From Actinomycetota bacterium (GTDB lineage: Bacteria; Actinomycetota; Acidimicrobiia; Acidimicrobiales; BP-101), in the NCBI GenBank assembly GCA_030838265.1, contig JAUTXA010000070.1:1-47759 (forward strand): 47,759 nucleotides of DNA. The letters run 5' to 3'. This document shows, in pieces, positions 1-9,583 of this stretch. The number at the start of each line of letters is the position of its first letter. Position 1 is the first letter of the stretch. Both the position numbers and the translations under genes were made by a program. The notes beneath the pieces were generated by a model. That model searched no databases and had not been told where the DNA came from. It worked only from the letters and a program-made list of their open reading frames with translations.

Positions 1-109
1 GGCCCCGGGGCCCGCAGTGTCAGCCGATGATGACAAAGACGCAGAAGGGAGAGAGAGATGGTGGCGGGTGGCCAGTGCTCTGCACCTGGCACCACCGGCT
101 GAGCGACCG

Positions 110-1561
110 CTACGAGGCGTTGCCGACCATGTCGGGGCCGGCGGCGCCGACGGGATCGGCGTTGGAGCCCGCCCAATCGCCGACCGGTGAGAGACCGGAT
201 GCGGCTCGGAGGTCGATGACCTCGCCGAAGCCGGCCAAGCTGTAGGCGCTCTTGTATCGGGTCGAGAAGTGGTGGGTGTTCCAGGCCACGTTGAGGTCGC
301 CATTGGCGCCGGTCGCGGTGAGGCCGTCGATCATCTGCTGGGTGGCAGAGGGGTCACCCTTGACGTAGCGATCGAACCAAAGCGCGCTGTAGTAATCGGC
401 CAACTTGGTGCCGTAGTTGGTGGCCGGCAGGATCCAAGGGATCTGGGTCCACTCGAGGTGAGTGCCGCCCCGGATGGTGAGCGAGAACGTGTCGAGGCCG
501 GCCGCCTTCCAGGCGTTGTGGGCCGCCAGGTGGCTGTTGGCATCCGGCGCGTTCGGGGCCGGCGTCGGGTTCAGGAAGTACCCGTCGGCCTGCTCGTTGA
601 GCCCGGGCACGGCGGGCTGTACCCCGGCCCCTCCTCCGAGGGCGTCCCACCCGATCACGGCCTTGATGGGGAACGACTGGCCCTCACAGAGCGCCAGGGT
701 CTTCCAGTAGTCCTTGGCGTCCGAGCAAGCCTGCACCGCCGACACGGCACCGGCGCCGAGCGAGTGGCCGGCGATGCCGAGGCGCGAGTGGTCGTAGGCG
801 GCCCACCCCGGGTTGACCCAGTCGAGGTGCTCCCCGGTCGTCGCCGCCGTGGTCTTGGCCGCGTCGACGTCGGCGGCCGTACGCGTGCCAGGGACGTAGG
901 GCTGGCCGGGGGTCGAGGCAAAGAACCGGAGGGCGTCGATCGTGCCTTGGTAGAAGTTGCCGTTCTGCTGGGAGGGAACCCCGTCGCCGTTGGGCGTGGT
1001 GTCGCCGAAGGCGTGACCGGTCGACTCGCTCTCGCCCTGGCCCTGCACGTCCCAGGTCATGACCTCGTAGCCCCGAGCCACGAGAGTGCGCGCCGCCCAC
1101 CAGTACATGTGCTCGGTGCCCTGGATGGAGCCGGTGGTGATCACGACGCCGGGCTTGGCCGTGCCGTCTGCGCCCCAGATCCGGCCCGAGAGCTTGGCTC
1201 CCGTGCGGGAGAGGAACTGGATCCGGATCGGCGTGAGGGCGTGGTACTGCCTGGGGTCGCCGACCGCCCCGCCGGGCAGGAGCTGACCCAAACCGCCATG
1301 CAGGCGCCCGCTGCGCAGATCGTTGATCTGGTTGGCCTGGGCCGTCAGCCACGTCTCGGCGGCGGTGAACTGGAAGGCCGAGCCGTACTCCGGGCTAGTG
1401 AACTCGCCAAACTGGCGCTCAGATGATCGGCTCACGTTGTCGGCGTCGTGGCGGGCGTACTCAGGGTCGGAGTAGTCGTTTCCGGCCCGAGCGATCGGGG
1501 CGAAAGCCAACAGGCCGCAGAGCGCGGCTACGGACGCGGCGATGAGGGAACGGGGGCGCAT
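110..1561 (-). CDS. secreted alpha/beta-fold serine hydrolase (esterase/lipase-like)
   Basis: 483-aa ORF. Signal peptide MRPRSLIAASVAALCGLLAFAPIARA. Nucleophile elbow GHSLGAG. GGAAGGAA Shine-Dalgarno-like sequence just upstream on the minus strand. Confidence 0.7.
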   Translation of the reverse strand: MRPRSLIAASVAALCGLLAFAPIARAGNDYSDPEYARHDADNVSRSSERQFGEFTSPEYGSAFQFTAAETWLTAQANQINDLRSGRLHGGLGQLLPGGAVGDPRQYHALTPIRIQFLSRTGAKLSGRIWGADGTAKPGVVITTGSIQGTEHMYWWAARTLVARGYEVMTWDVQGQGESESTGHAFGDTTPNGDGVPSQQNGNFYQGTIDALRFFASTPGQPYVPGTRTAADVDAAKTTAATTGEHLDWVNPGWAAYDHSRLGIAGHSLGAGAVSAVQACSDAKDYWKTLALCEGQSFPIKAVIGWDALGGGAGVQPAVPGLNEQADGYFLNPTPAPNAPDANSHLAAHNAWKAAGLDTFSLTIRGGTHLEWTQIPWILPATNYGTKLADYYSALWFDRYVKGDPSATQQMIDGLTATGANGDLNVAWNTHHFSTRYKSAYSLAGFGEVIDLRAASGLSPVGDWAGSNADPVGAAGPDMVGNAS

Positions 1562-1657
1562 CAGGTTCCTTCCGTCAGGGGCGAAGTGCGACCTTTGACA
1601 CTTCTGCCCGAGACGGCGGGATTCCTCCCCGTTCCCTCACATCGCGTGAGATTCGCT

Positions 1658-2611
1658 CTACGAGAGCAGACTCTTCGAGTTGAGGAAGTCCCTGGCGACG
1701 ACCGACGCGTCGGCCAGGTCGACATAGACCTTGGTGTCGAGGGCGATGAGCTCGTCGGTGGTGATCGACGCCGAGACCCGGTTGAGGATGGTCTTCACCT
1801 CGTCAGTCGCCTTGTCGGCCCGGATGGCGGGAACGATGTTGCCAGCGAGCTGGATCTTCTTGTCGTCGTCGAGCAGGACGTAGTGCTTGGTCTTGATGTC
1901 CGGGTCCGCGGAGAACAGTCGGGCCACCTGGACCGTGGTGTTGTCGAGCGCCGTCTTGGTGGTCTTGCCGCCGGCGTCGAGAGCCTTGAAGCTCTTGAAC
2001 TTGATCCCGTAGACCTCAGTCAGACCCTTGTAACAGGTGGTCCGGGTCTCGCATTCGGACGGCCCGCCCATCGTCAGGGTCCCACGGGGAACCTTGGTCG
2101 CCAGATCGGAGATCTTCTGGAGGCTGTATCGGTTGGCAGTGGCCAGGGTCACGGCAATGACATCACCGTCCGTCGCGTTGCTCGGCGTGAGGGCGATCGC
2201 CCCGTTGGCCTGTAGGGCGGTGTTGAGCTTGGTGGCCTGGGTGGCCACGTCGTCGCCCGCCGCCACTTGATCCTTGGCCAGGAAGTCGAGGGCGTTGCCC
2301 AGGTATTCGGGAATGAGGTCGACGTCCTTGTTCTTGAGCGCTGGTTCCACGATCTCACGCGTTCCCAGTTGCTTCTTGTAGCTGACGGTGTACCCGGCCT
2401 TGGCTAGCGCCTGCCCATACATCTGCGCCAGAACGTCGCTCTCGCCGAAGTTGAACGAGGCGATGACGAACGACGGCTTCGCCGCCGTCGAGGTCGTGGT
2501 GGCCCCGCCAGCGTTCTTGTTGGAGCTGCCACCCGACTTCCCGCACGCTCCTGCCAGCAGCAGAAGCGCCAGGATCATCGCCCCGGCAGCACCTTTACGG
2601 TGGATCCGCAT
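1658..2611 (-). CDS. glycine betaine/choline-type ABC transporter substrate-binding lipoprotein (OpuBC/OpuCC family)
   Basis: ORF 1658..2695 trimmed to the ATG of MRIHRKGAAGAMILALLLLAGACGK (lipobox LAGAC). GGAG-type RBS at about 2621-2630 on the minus strand. Body resembles OpuBC/OpuCC-type binding proteins and sits next to two permeases and a CBS-domain ATPase. Confidence 0.8.
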   Translation of the reverse strand: MRIHRKGAAGAMILALLLLAGACGKSGGSSNKNAGGATTTSTAAKPSFVIASFNFGESDVLAQMYGQALAKAGYTVSYKKQLGTREIVEPALKNKDVDLIPEYLGNALDFLAKDQVAAGDDVATQATKLNTALQANGAIALTPSNATDGDVIAVTLATANRYSLQKISDLATKVPRGTLTMGGPSECETRTTCYKGLTEVYGIKFKSFKALDAGGKTTKTALDNTTVQVARLFSADPDIKTKHYVLLDDDKKIQLAGNIVPAIRADKATDEVKTILNRVSASITTDELIALDTKVYVDLADASVVARDFLNSKSLLS

Positions 2612-2669
2612 TGGGTCTTTCTCCCTCTCTGTTGGTGTTGCAGTCGGGCAAGTCGCCCTAACCACATCT

Positions 2670-3389
2670 TTATGCCGTCGGAGCGGTGGCCGCACCTGCG
2701 ACCGGTGCGAGGTCGACCTTTGAGGCCTCGCCCCTCAGGCCTGGTGATGTAAAAGCCCTCTGCAGAAGGGCCAGCCCCAGCTCGGTGAGGACGGACAGGA
2801 GTGCCACCAACACCGCCCCGACGAAGAGCATGGGCTTGTTCTGCTGGGCCAGCCCATCGACGATGTACCGGCCCAAGCCACCCCAAGCGACAAGAGCCGC
2901 CAGGCTAGCGGTGGCCACCACGTTCACCGCTGACGTGCGGACCCCCGCCATGATGAGCGGGAAGGCGACCGGCAGCTCGACCCGAAGAAGCATCTGGCCG
3001 GCCGTCATGCCCATTCCCCGCCCTGCTTCGACAATGTCGGGATCGACCGACGTCATGCCCACGTACGTGTTGGTCATGACGGGTGGGATGGCAAGGGCGA
3101 CAAGAGCGGCAAAGGCCGGCTTGGCCCCAATCCCGAAGAGCTGGGCGCCGATGACGAGGATGGCGAACGACGGCACCGCTCGACCCACGTTCGAGATGTT
3201 CACGGCCAGCACACCACCCCGGCGCAAGTGGCCGAGGACGAGGCCGACGGGCAGGGCGAGCACCAGGGCCGTCACCACGGCGAGCAACGACATCACCATG
3301 TGCTCCTCGACCCGGTGGGGGATGCCAGCTGGGCCCCTCCAGTGGGCCCCGGTGGTCGCCCACTCGGCGGCCTGACGGAGAAAGCTCAC
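2670..3389 (-). CDS. compatible-solute ABC transporter permease (BPD_transp_1 type)
   Basis: C-terminal 239 aa of track ORF 2670..4082. GTG at 3389 overlaps the TGA of the upstream permease (GTGA). Polytopic, with the EAA-like segment IVEAGRGMGMTAGQMLLRVELP. Confidence 0.8.
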   Translation of the reverse strand: MSFLRQAAEWATTGAHWRGPAGIPHRVEEHMVMSLLAVVTALVLALPVGLVLGHLRRGGVLAVNISNVGRAVPSFAILVIGAQLFGIGAKPAFAALVALAIPPVMTNTYVGMTSVDPDIVEAGRGMGMTAGQMLLRVELPVAFPLIMAGVRTSAVNVVATASLAALVAWGGLGRYIVDGLAQQNKPMLFVGAVLVALLSVLTELGLALLQRAFTSPGLRGEASKVDLAPVAGAATAPTA

Positions 3390-4075
3390 GTCCGCCGCCT
3401 CGACCACGGCGTGACCAGCCACTGGATCCCAAGCAGGCCGAGGTCGGCTCCCGCCGCCAACGCGACGGATAGCACCGTGCCGATGACGAGCGGCGTGCGA
3501 AAGTCGCGCTCCAACCCATCGTAGATGAGGGTTCCTAGGCCGCCCTGGCCCAACAGGGCAGCGATGGTGACCAGGCCCACGGTGGTGACCGTGGCCACCC
3601 GGATTCCGGCCACGATCGCGGGCACGGCGAGGGGCAGCTCGACCCGCACGAGCTGGCGAGCGGGGCTGAAGCCCATCCCGCGCGCCGCCTCCCTGACCTC
3701 GTCTGGCACCGCGTCGAGGCCGATGAGGATGTTCCGAACCAGAATCAAGAGGGTGTAGCTCACCAACCCGATCTCGACCGTCGTTGTCGAGAGACCGGTG
3801 AAGGGGATCAGCAGGGCGAAGAGGGCGAGCGAGGGGATGGTGTAGAGCCCGCCGGTGATGGCAAAGGCTGGTCCCCGCAACCGCCGCCACCGCCAAGCCA
3901 GAAGCGCGATCGGAAAGGCAATCAACAGCCCAAGGCCCACCGCGATGGCAGTCATCTCGAGGTGCTGCCGGGTGGCATGGCCCACGACGCCGAGATGGCG
4001 ACGGACCCAGTCCCACCAGATCCACGACCTCGGGCCGTTCGCCCCGAGCACGGCCGTCCACGCCGGTTCGAGCAC
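3386..4075 (-). CDS. compatible-solute ABC transporter permease
   Basis: 229-aa polytopic ORF with EAA-like loop VREAARGMGFSPARQLVRVELP. GTG start at 4075. Confidence 0.85.
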   Translation of the reverse strand: MLEPAWTAVLGANGPRSWIWWDWVRRHLGVVGHATRQHLEMTAIAVGLGLLIAFPIALLAWRWRRLRGPAFAITGGLYTIPSLALFALLIPFTGLSTTTVEIGLVSYTLLILVRNILIGLDAVPDEVREAARGMGFSPARQLVRVELPLAVPAIVAGIRVATVTTVGLVTIAALLGQGGLGTLIYDGLERDFRTPLVIGTVLSVALAAGADLGLLGIQWLVTPWSRRRT

Positions 4076-4100
4076 GGCGCAACGCTAGCCTCGCCCCACC

Positions 4101-5207
4101 GTGATCCGTCTGGAATCGGTCACCAAGCGCTTCGGCAGCGGCGAGGTGGCGGTCGACAACCTGTCTCTCGAGGTGCCAGCGGGCGAGCTGTGCGTGCTCG
4201 TTGGGCCGTCGGGCTGTGGCAAGACGACCACGATGAAGATGATCAACCGGCTCATCGAGCCGACGTCAGGGCGCATCTTCCTCGGCGACGAGGAGGTCAC
4301 CCATGTCCCGGTCGTGCAGCTGCGGCGGCGCATCGGCTACGTCATCCAGCAGGTCGGTCTCTTCCCGCACCAGACCGTCGCTCAGAACGTGGCCACCGTC
4401 CCCCGGATGCTGGGGTGGGATCGCCACCGGGTCCAGGCGCGCGTCAACGAGCTCCTCGAGCTCGTCGGGCTCAGCCCGAACGACCACGCCAAGCGCTATC
4501 CACACCAGCTCTCGGGCGGGCAACGGCAGCGAGTCGGCGTGGCCCGGGCTTTGGCCGCCGACCCGCCCGTCCTGCTCATGGACGAGCCCTTCGGGGCCAT
4601 CGATCCCATCACCCGCGACCGTTTGCAGGGGGAGTTCCTCCGGCTGCAGGCCGAGCTCAAGAAGACCATCGTGTTCGTCACCCATGACATCGAAGAAGCG
4701 GTGCGCATGGGCGACCGAATCGCCATCCTGCGCGCCGGGGGGATGCTCGAGCAGTACGACTCCCCGGCTCAGATCCTGGGCAAGCCGGCCACCCCTTTCG
4801 TGGCCAGCTTCGTCGGCGCCGACCGGGGCCTGAAGCGGCTCAGCGTGACCGCCATCGACCGAGCCGATCTCGAGAAGCCGCCGGTCCTGCACATCGACGA
4901 CGACCTGGTCGAGGCCCGGGCCCGCCTGCAAGGAGAAGGCGCGGACTGGGCCGTCGTCCTCGACACCGATGAGCACCTCCACGGCTACATCGGCCAGGAC
5001 GACGTCGTCGGTGACGGCGTGGTGGGCGACCGGGCCAAGCGGATGGAGGCATGGGTGCCCGTCAACGGCACCCTGAAGCAGGCATTTTCGGAGATGCTTC
5101 AGCACGACGCGGCGTGGGTGGCCGTGCTCGACGGCGATCGCTACATCGGCGTGCTCACACCCGACTCATTACATCAGGCCTTGCGGCGCTCGATCAGCGA
5201 GGCGTGA
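4101..5207 (+). CDS. compatible-solute ABC transporter ATP-binding protein with C-terminal CBS pair (OpuBA/OpuCA/ProV-like)
   Basis: Walker A GPSGCGKTT, signature LSGGQRQR, Walker B LLMDEPFGA. About 110-aa C-terminal CBS-like region. GTG start. Confidence 0.9.
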   Translation: MIRLESVTKRFGSGEVAVDNLSLEVPAGELCVLVGPSGCGKTTTMKMINRLIEPTSGRIFLGDEEVTHVPVVQLRRRIGYVIQQVGLFPHQTVAQNVATVPRMLGWDRHRVQARVNELLELVGLSPNDHAKRYPHQLSGGQRQRVGVARALAADPPVLLMDEPFGAIDPITRDRLQGEFLRLQAELKKTIVFVTHDIEEAVRMGDRIAILRAGGMLEQYDSPAQILGKPATPFVASFVGADRGLKRLSVTAIDRADLEKPPVLHIDDDLVEARARLQGEGADWAVVLDTDEHLHGYIGQDDVVGDGVVGDRAKRMEAWVPVNGTLKQAFSEMLQHDAAWVAVLDGDRYIGVLTPDSLHQALRRSISEA

Positions 5208-6480
5208 TGCGCTCGATGCCCCGGGTGTAGGGCCGCAGGGCCTCGGGCACGACCACCGACCCGTCGGGCTGGCGGTTCGTCTCGATGATGGCGGCCAGGA
5301 CGCGCGGGACGGCGAGCGCCGAGCCGTTCAGGGTGTGGACGAATTCGATGGGCCCGCCATCGGCTCGGCGGAAGCGGATGTTGGCCCGGCGGGCCTGGTA
5401 GTCGGTGAACCACGAGACAGACGACGCCTCGAGCCAGAGGTCCGCGCCCGGCGCGTAGACCTCGATGTCGAACTGCTTGTGATGCGATTGGCCGAGGTCG
5501 CCGGTGCAGATCTCGAGGACGCGGTATGCCAGGCCGAAGGCCGCCACCGACCCGATGGCGCGCTCGAGGATCTCGTCCAGCATGGCGGGGGCCTGCTCCG
5601 GCGTCGTATAAGCGAGGGTTTCGACCTTGTCGAACTCGTGACTGCGAAGCAGGCCGCGCGTGTCGCGGCCGGCCGACCCCGCCTCTCGCCGGTAGCACGG
5701 CGTATAGGCCATGAGCCGCATCGGCAGGTCGGCCTCGTCGACGAGCTCGTCCCGTCCCAACGAGGTGAGTGGGACTTCGGCCGTCGGGATGAGCCAGAGG
5801 TCGTCCCGTTCGATGAAATAGGCGTCGTCGGCGAACTTCGGCAGCTGCCCGGTCGCTGTGAGCGTGTCGGTGGTGACCAGCGTCGGCGGCCGGATCTCCT
5901 CGTAGACGTCGGCGTTGCGGTCGAGGGCAAACTGGCACATGGCCCGGGCCATGGTCGCGCCCGGCCCCCGCAGCATGGCGAACATCGAGCCCGAGATCTT
6001 GGCCGCCCGCTCGTTGTCGAGGATGCCGAGGGCAGGGCCAACCTCCCAGTGCGGCACCCGCTGGTGCTCCTCGTATTGATCTGGGTCGTAGCCGACGGTG
6101 CGGACAATGGGGTTGTCCTCGTCGCCCGCCCCGTCGGTGACATCCGCGGCCGGAAAGTTGGGAATGCGCAGCAGGAGATCCCGCACCTGCTCCTGAAGGC
6201 CGTCAGCCTCGGCCTCGAGAGCCTGGACCTCGTCGCCCCGCAGCCGACTCTGCTCGCGGAGGCGCTCGCCCTTGGCCTTGTCGCCGGCCTTGAAGGCGGC
6301 GCCCACTTCCTTCGACAAGGTGTTGACCTCGGCTCGGAGCTCGTCGCGCGTGCTCGTCACCTCTCGCCATTTGGCGTCGAGGTCGCGCAGACGCTCGAGG
6401 TCGGCCCGATCGACCTTCTTACGAGCCAGCGAGGCCGCCGCGGCCTCGAAGTCGTCGCGGACGCGGCGAATGTCGATCAT
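5194..6480 (-). CDS. serS: seryl-tRNA synthetase
   Basis: Full-length class II SerRS: N-terminal coiled-coil arm (MIDIRRVRDDFEAAAASL...) and catalytic core (TAEVPL, YTPCYRREAGSAGRDTRGL, GSALAVPR). ATG at 6480 preferred over the in-frame GTG at 6492. Confidence 0.93.
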   Translation of the reverse strand: MIDIRRVRDDFEAAAASLARKKVDRADLERLRDLDAKWREVTSTRDELRAEVNTLSKEVGAAFKAGDKAKGERLREQSRLRGDEVQALEAEADGLQEQVRDLLLRIPNFPAADVTDGAGDEDNPIVRTVGYDPDQYEEHQRVPHWEVGPALGILDNERAAKISGSMFAMLRGPGATMARAMCQFALDRNADVYEEIRPPTLVTTDTLTATGQLPKFADDAYFIERDDLWLIPTAEVPLTSLGRDELVDEADLPMRLMAYTPCYRREAGSAGRDTRGLLRSHEFDKVETLAYTTPEQAPAMLDEILERAIGSVAAFGLAYRVLEICTGDLGQSHHKQFDIEVYAPGADLWLEASSVSWFTDYQARRANIRFRRADGGPIEFVHTLNGSALAVPRVLAAIIETNRQPDGSVVVPEALRPYTRGIERITPR

Positions 6481-6508
6481 GGTGGGGGTCACGGTAGCGT
6501 CCCCGCCG

Positions 6509-7480
6509 ATGCCGGCCGTGGTGGTTTCGGGACTGGTCGTGCGCTACGACGACGTGGTCGCCGTCGATGACCTGTCCTTCACGGCCGAGGCCGGCCAGAT
6601 CGTCGCCCTGCTCGGTCCCAACGGCGCCGGCAAGACGTCGACAGTCGAGACGCTCGAGGGCTACCGCCGGCCCACCGCGGGGACGGTGCGGGTGCTGGGT
6701 CTCGACCCGGTTGGCGACCACTCGAGCCTCGTCCCTCGCATCGGGGTCATGCTCCAGCGGGGCGGCATCTACCCGGCGATGTCCCCCGCCGAGGCCCTCG
6801 ATCTGTTCGCCGCCTACTACGCCAACCCGGCTGATCCGGCCGACCTCACCAGCCTCCTCGGCCTCGATGGCGTGGCCCGCACCCCGTGGCGTCGCCTGTC
6901 GGGCGGGGAGCAGCAGCGCCTCTCGCTGGCCCTGGCCCTCGTGGGCCGGCCCGAGGTGGCCTTCCTCGACGAGCCCACGGCTGGCGTCGACCCCCAGGGT
7001 CGGCTGGCCATTCGCCGGATCATCGCCTCGCAACGCGACGACGGCGTCTGCGTCCTGCTCACCACCCACGACCTCGAAGAGGCCGAGCGCCTGGCCGACC
7101 GCATCGTCATCGTCGACCACGGCAAGGTGGTGGCCGAGGGCTCGCCGGCCGAGCTCATGACCTCGGGCCGGAGCCACGAGATCCGCTTCGGCGCCCCCGC
7201 CGGCCTCGACCGCTCGAGCCTGGCCGCCGCGCTCGGGGCTTCCGTCGACGAGGAGCGGCCCGGCGAGTACCGGGTGGCGGCCGAGGCTTCGCCGGCCAAC
7301 GTCGCGGCCCTCACCGCCTGGCTCGCCCTGCACGACCTGCCCCTTGCCGACCTGCGGGCTGGTCGGCAGCGCCTCGAAGACGTCTTCCTGTCGCTCACCG
7401 CATCGGTCAGCACCGCCGCCGTCGAGCGCCAGCCCCGTCCCCGGCGGCGCTCCTCGTCGACCGGAGGCGCCGGCTCGTGA
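6509..7480 (+). CDS. ABC transporter ATP-binding protein (DrrA/ABC-2 exporter type)
   Basis: Track ORF 6272..7480 trimmed to MPAVVVSGLVVRYDD. The upstream part overlaps serS antisense. Walker A GPNGAGKTS, signature LSGGEQQR, Walker B AFLDEPTAG. Confidence 0.85.
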   Translation: MPAVVVSGLVVRYDDVVAVDDLSFTAEAGQIVALLGPNGAGKTSTVETLEGYRRPTAGTVRVLGLDPVGDHSSLVPRIGVMLQRGGIYPAMSPAEALDLFAAYYANPADPADLTSLLGLDGVARTPWRRLSGGEQQRLSLALALVGRPEVAFLDEPTAGVDPQGRLAIRRIIASQRDDGVCVLLTTHDLEEAERLADRIVIVDHGKVVAEGSPAELMTSGRSHEIRFGAPAGLDRSSLAAALGASVDEERPGEYRVAAEASPANVAALTAWLALHDLPLADLRAGRQRLEDVFLSLTASVSTAAVERQPRPRRRSSSTGGAGS

Positions 7481-8202
7481 AGGCGCTGCTGGCCCAAGCC
7501 CGCGCCGAGGTCGCCATGACCTTGCGCCGGGGCGAGTCCCTGCTGCTGGCCCTCGGGATCCCCGTGATCCTCCTGGTCTTCTTCTCGGTCGTCGACATCC
7601 TCCCCACCCCGGCCGGGACCAAGCGCGCCGTCGACTTCCTCGCTCCCGGGATCCTGGCCCTCGCCGTGATGTCGACGGGCATGGTCAGCCTCGGCATCGC
7701 CACTGCGTTCGAGCGTCAGTACCTCGTCCTCAAGCGGCTGGGCTCGACCCCGCTCGGTCGACCCGCTCTGCTGGCGGCCAAGACGGGAGCCGTCGTCGTC
7801 GTCGAGCTGGTGCAGGTGATCGCCCTCACCGCGGTCGCATTGGCGCTGGGGTGGCGCGCCCACCCCTCGGCGGCGACCGCGGTGGCGGCCGTCATCGTCG
7901 CCACCGTCGCGTTCAGCGGGCTCGGGCTGCTCATGGCCGGCACCCTGAAGGCCGAGCTGACTCTGGCCGCGGCCAACGGCCTCTACCTCGTGCTCCTGCT
8001 GCTCGGCGGCATGGTCGTCCCTTTGTCCCGGCTTCCCGGCGGGCTGCGCGCCCTGGCCCGCCTCCTTCCCGCCGCCGCCCTCTCGGACGTCCTCCGCCAA
8101 GGCTTGGGCGGACCGTCGGCTTACCGCGGGGCTTGGCTGGTGCTGGTCGCGTGGGCCGTCGTCGCCCCGGTGGCCGCCGCCCTCACGTTCCGCTGGGAGT
8201 GA
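7477..8202 (+). CDS. ABC-2 type transporter permease
   Basis: GTG at 7477 overlaps the ATPase TGA (GTGA). 241-aa, six-TM hydrophobic protein typical of ABC-2 permeases. Confidence 0.8.
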   Translation: MKALLAQARAEVAMTLRRGESLLLALGIPVILLVFFSVVDILPTPAGTKRAVDFLAPGILALAVMSTGMVSLGIATAFERQYLVLKRLGSTPLGRPALLAAKTGAVVVVELVQVIALTAVALALGWRAHPSAATAVAAVIVATVAFSGLGLLMAGTLKAELTLAAANGLYLVLLLLGGMVVPLSRLPGGLRALARLLPAAALSDVLRQGLGGPSAYRGAWLVLVAWAVVAPVAAALTFRWE

Positions 8203-8211
8203 CCGCGGCCG

Positions 8212-8694
8212 TCAGCGGGCTGACGCCAGCAGCGCGGCGAGATCCTTGGCGTGCAGCTCACCCAGATGCCGACCCGTCACCTTGCCGCTCGGCGAGATGA
8301 CCACGGTGACGGGAACGCCCTGGCCGATGCCGTAGGCCCGCAGCAGTCTGCCGCTCGGGTCCTTGAGGGCGGGCCAGGTGGCGTGCTCAGCCCGCATGAA
8401 GTCGGACGCCGGGACATCGCCGTCGCGGACGATGACCCCGAGCACGGCGACCGAGCCGTGATTGGCGGTCCGGAGCAGCGGGAACTCGCGCCGGCAGGGC
8501 TCGCACCACGAGGCCCAGAAGTTGAGCAAGACGGTCCGGCCCCGGTACCCGGCCAGCGCGACCCGTTTTCCGTCGAGGCTCTCGGCCACGAAGACGGGCG
8601 CGGGCTGGCCCACCGCCCCCGGGCTGGGCTTTGACGAGTCGGTGATGATGACGAGGCCGATGATGATGGCGATGGCCACCACCGCGCCGGCCAC
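8212..8694 (-). CDS. membrane-anchored TlpA/ResA-like thiol:disulfide oxidoreductase
   Basis: N-terminal TM (AGAVVAIAIIIGLVIIT). Thioredoxin fold with WASWCEPCRREFP (CxxC). Last gene of the oxidase operon. Confidence 0.8.
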   Translation of the reverse strand: MAGAVVAIAIIIGLVIITDSSKPSPGAVGQPAPVFVAESLDGKRVALAGYRGRTVLLNFWASWCEPCRREFPLLRTANHGSVAVLGVIVRDGDVPASDFMRAEHATWPALKDPSGRLLRAYGIGQGVPVTVVISPSGKVTGRHLGELHAKDLAALLASAR

Positions 8695-8711
8695 GGCGAC
8701 CAGGGTGCGCT

Positions 8712-9581
8712 TCAGGGGATCGGGTTCGTCTGGGCCAGCTCACGCTCGACGTCGGCCCAGGTAAGGGTGGCGGGGTCGCCCTGCTGCGACTGGCCGTACC
8801 ACTTGAAGAAGGTGATGAAGATGAGCGTCCAGAGGATGATCCCGCCGCCGACCTTCATCATGGCCCCCGCCAGCTGCTGATCATCGAGGACGCCGAGGGC
8901 GAACGGCCGCGGGACGTGGCCGTAGAACTTGTAGACGGGGTGCTCGGCGAAGGTGAGGAACGATGCCGGGACGGTGGGGATCAGCGACTGCAGGAAGAGG
9001 TACACCATCCGCATCGGGTACCCGAGCCGAGGCAGCTCGGGCAGGAGGTTGAAGACCGGCAACCACATGAGCATGGCGGTGCTGAACGACAGGAGGTGCA
9101 CACCGAAGTGGAGCGGCTCGCTGCGTAGGGCGGCGTCGACCAGGGCGGGCCAGTGGGTGAAGGCCAGGACCACGTTGAAGATGACGCCGGCCGCGATGGG
9201 GCGTCCCAGCCGGCGCACGACGGCGTAGACCCGGGGCGGGCGTACGACCAGCCACCGGACCAGCCAGTCCGGCGTGCCGCGGATGAGCAGCGGCGGCGCC
9301 ACGAGGGTCATGACCATGTGCTGGAACATGTGCACGCTGAACAGGTAGCGCTCGGCGATGTCGTGGATGGGCCACTCCGACACGGCCCAGAGGAGCACGA
9401 CGCCCGTGAGGAAGACCGCGACCTGACGCCGGGTTGCGATCGCCTCGCCGGGCCCGACGAGGCGGGTGCCCAGCCGCCGCAGGGCCGTGAAGTAGAGCCC
9501 GAGGACGGTGACGAAGAGGATGGCCACCTCGGGGTGAGCGTGCCAGGCCCAGGGGTCGACGGCCCGAGTGGCGGCCAGCAC
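8712..9581 (-). CDS. ctaG: cytochrome c oxidase assembly factor CtaG (Bacillus caa3_CtaG type)
   Basis: C-terminal 289 aa of track ORF 8712..10103. In-frame GTG at 9581, 2 nt after the subunit IV stop. Polytopic, with HMFQHMVMTLVAPPLL and HFGVHLL motifs typical of the family. Confidence 0.75.
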   Translation of the reverse strand: MLAATRAVDPWAWHAHPEVAILFVTVLGLYFTALRRLGTRLVGPGEAIATRRQVAVFLTGVVLLWAVSEWPIHDIAERYLFSVHMFQHMVMTLVAPPLLIRGTPDWLVRWLVVRPPRVYAVVRRLGRPIAAGVIFNVVLAFTHWPALVDAALRSEPLHFGVHLLSFSTAMLMWLPVFNLLPELPRLGYPMRMVYLFLQSLIPTVPASFLTFAEHPVYKFYGHVPRPFALGVLDDQQLAGAMMKVGGGIILWTLIFITFFKWYGQSQQGDPATLTWADVERELAQTNPIP

Positions 9582-9583
9582 GG

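Noticed and set aside
269-1426. 385-aa plus-strand ORF, plus several nested ORFs opposite the secreted hydrolase
   Set aside because: Antisense artefacts. The minus-strand ORF has a signal peptide, a GHSLGAG nucleophile elbow and an RBS.
2670-4082. 470-aa ORF that appears to span both opu permeases
   Set aside because: Only its C-terminal 239 aa look like a permease. The N-terminal half is an Arg/Pro/Gly-rich alternative frame overlapping the real upstream permease (3386..4075). A GTGA stop/start overlap at 3386-3389 defines the true start.
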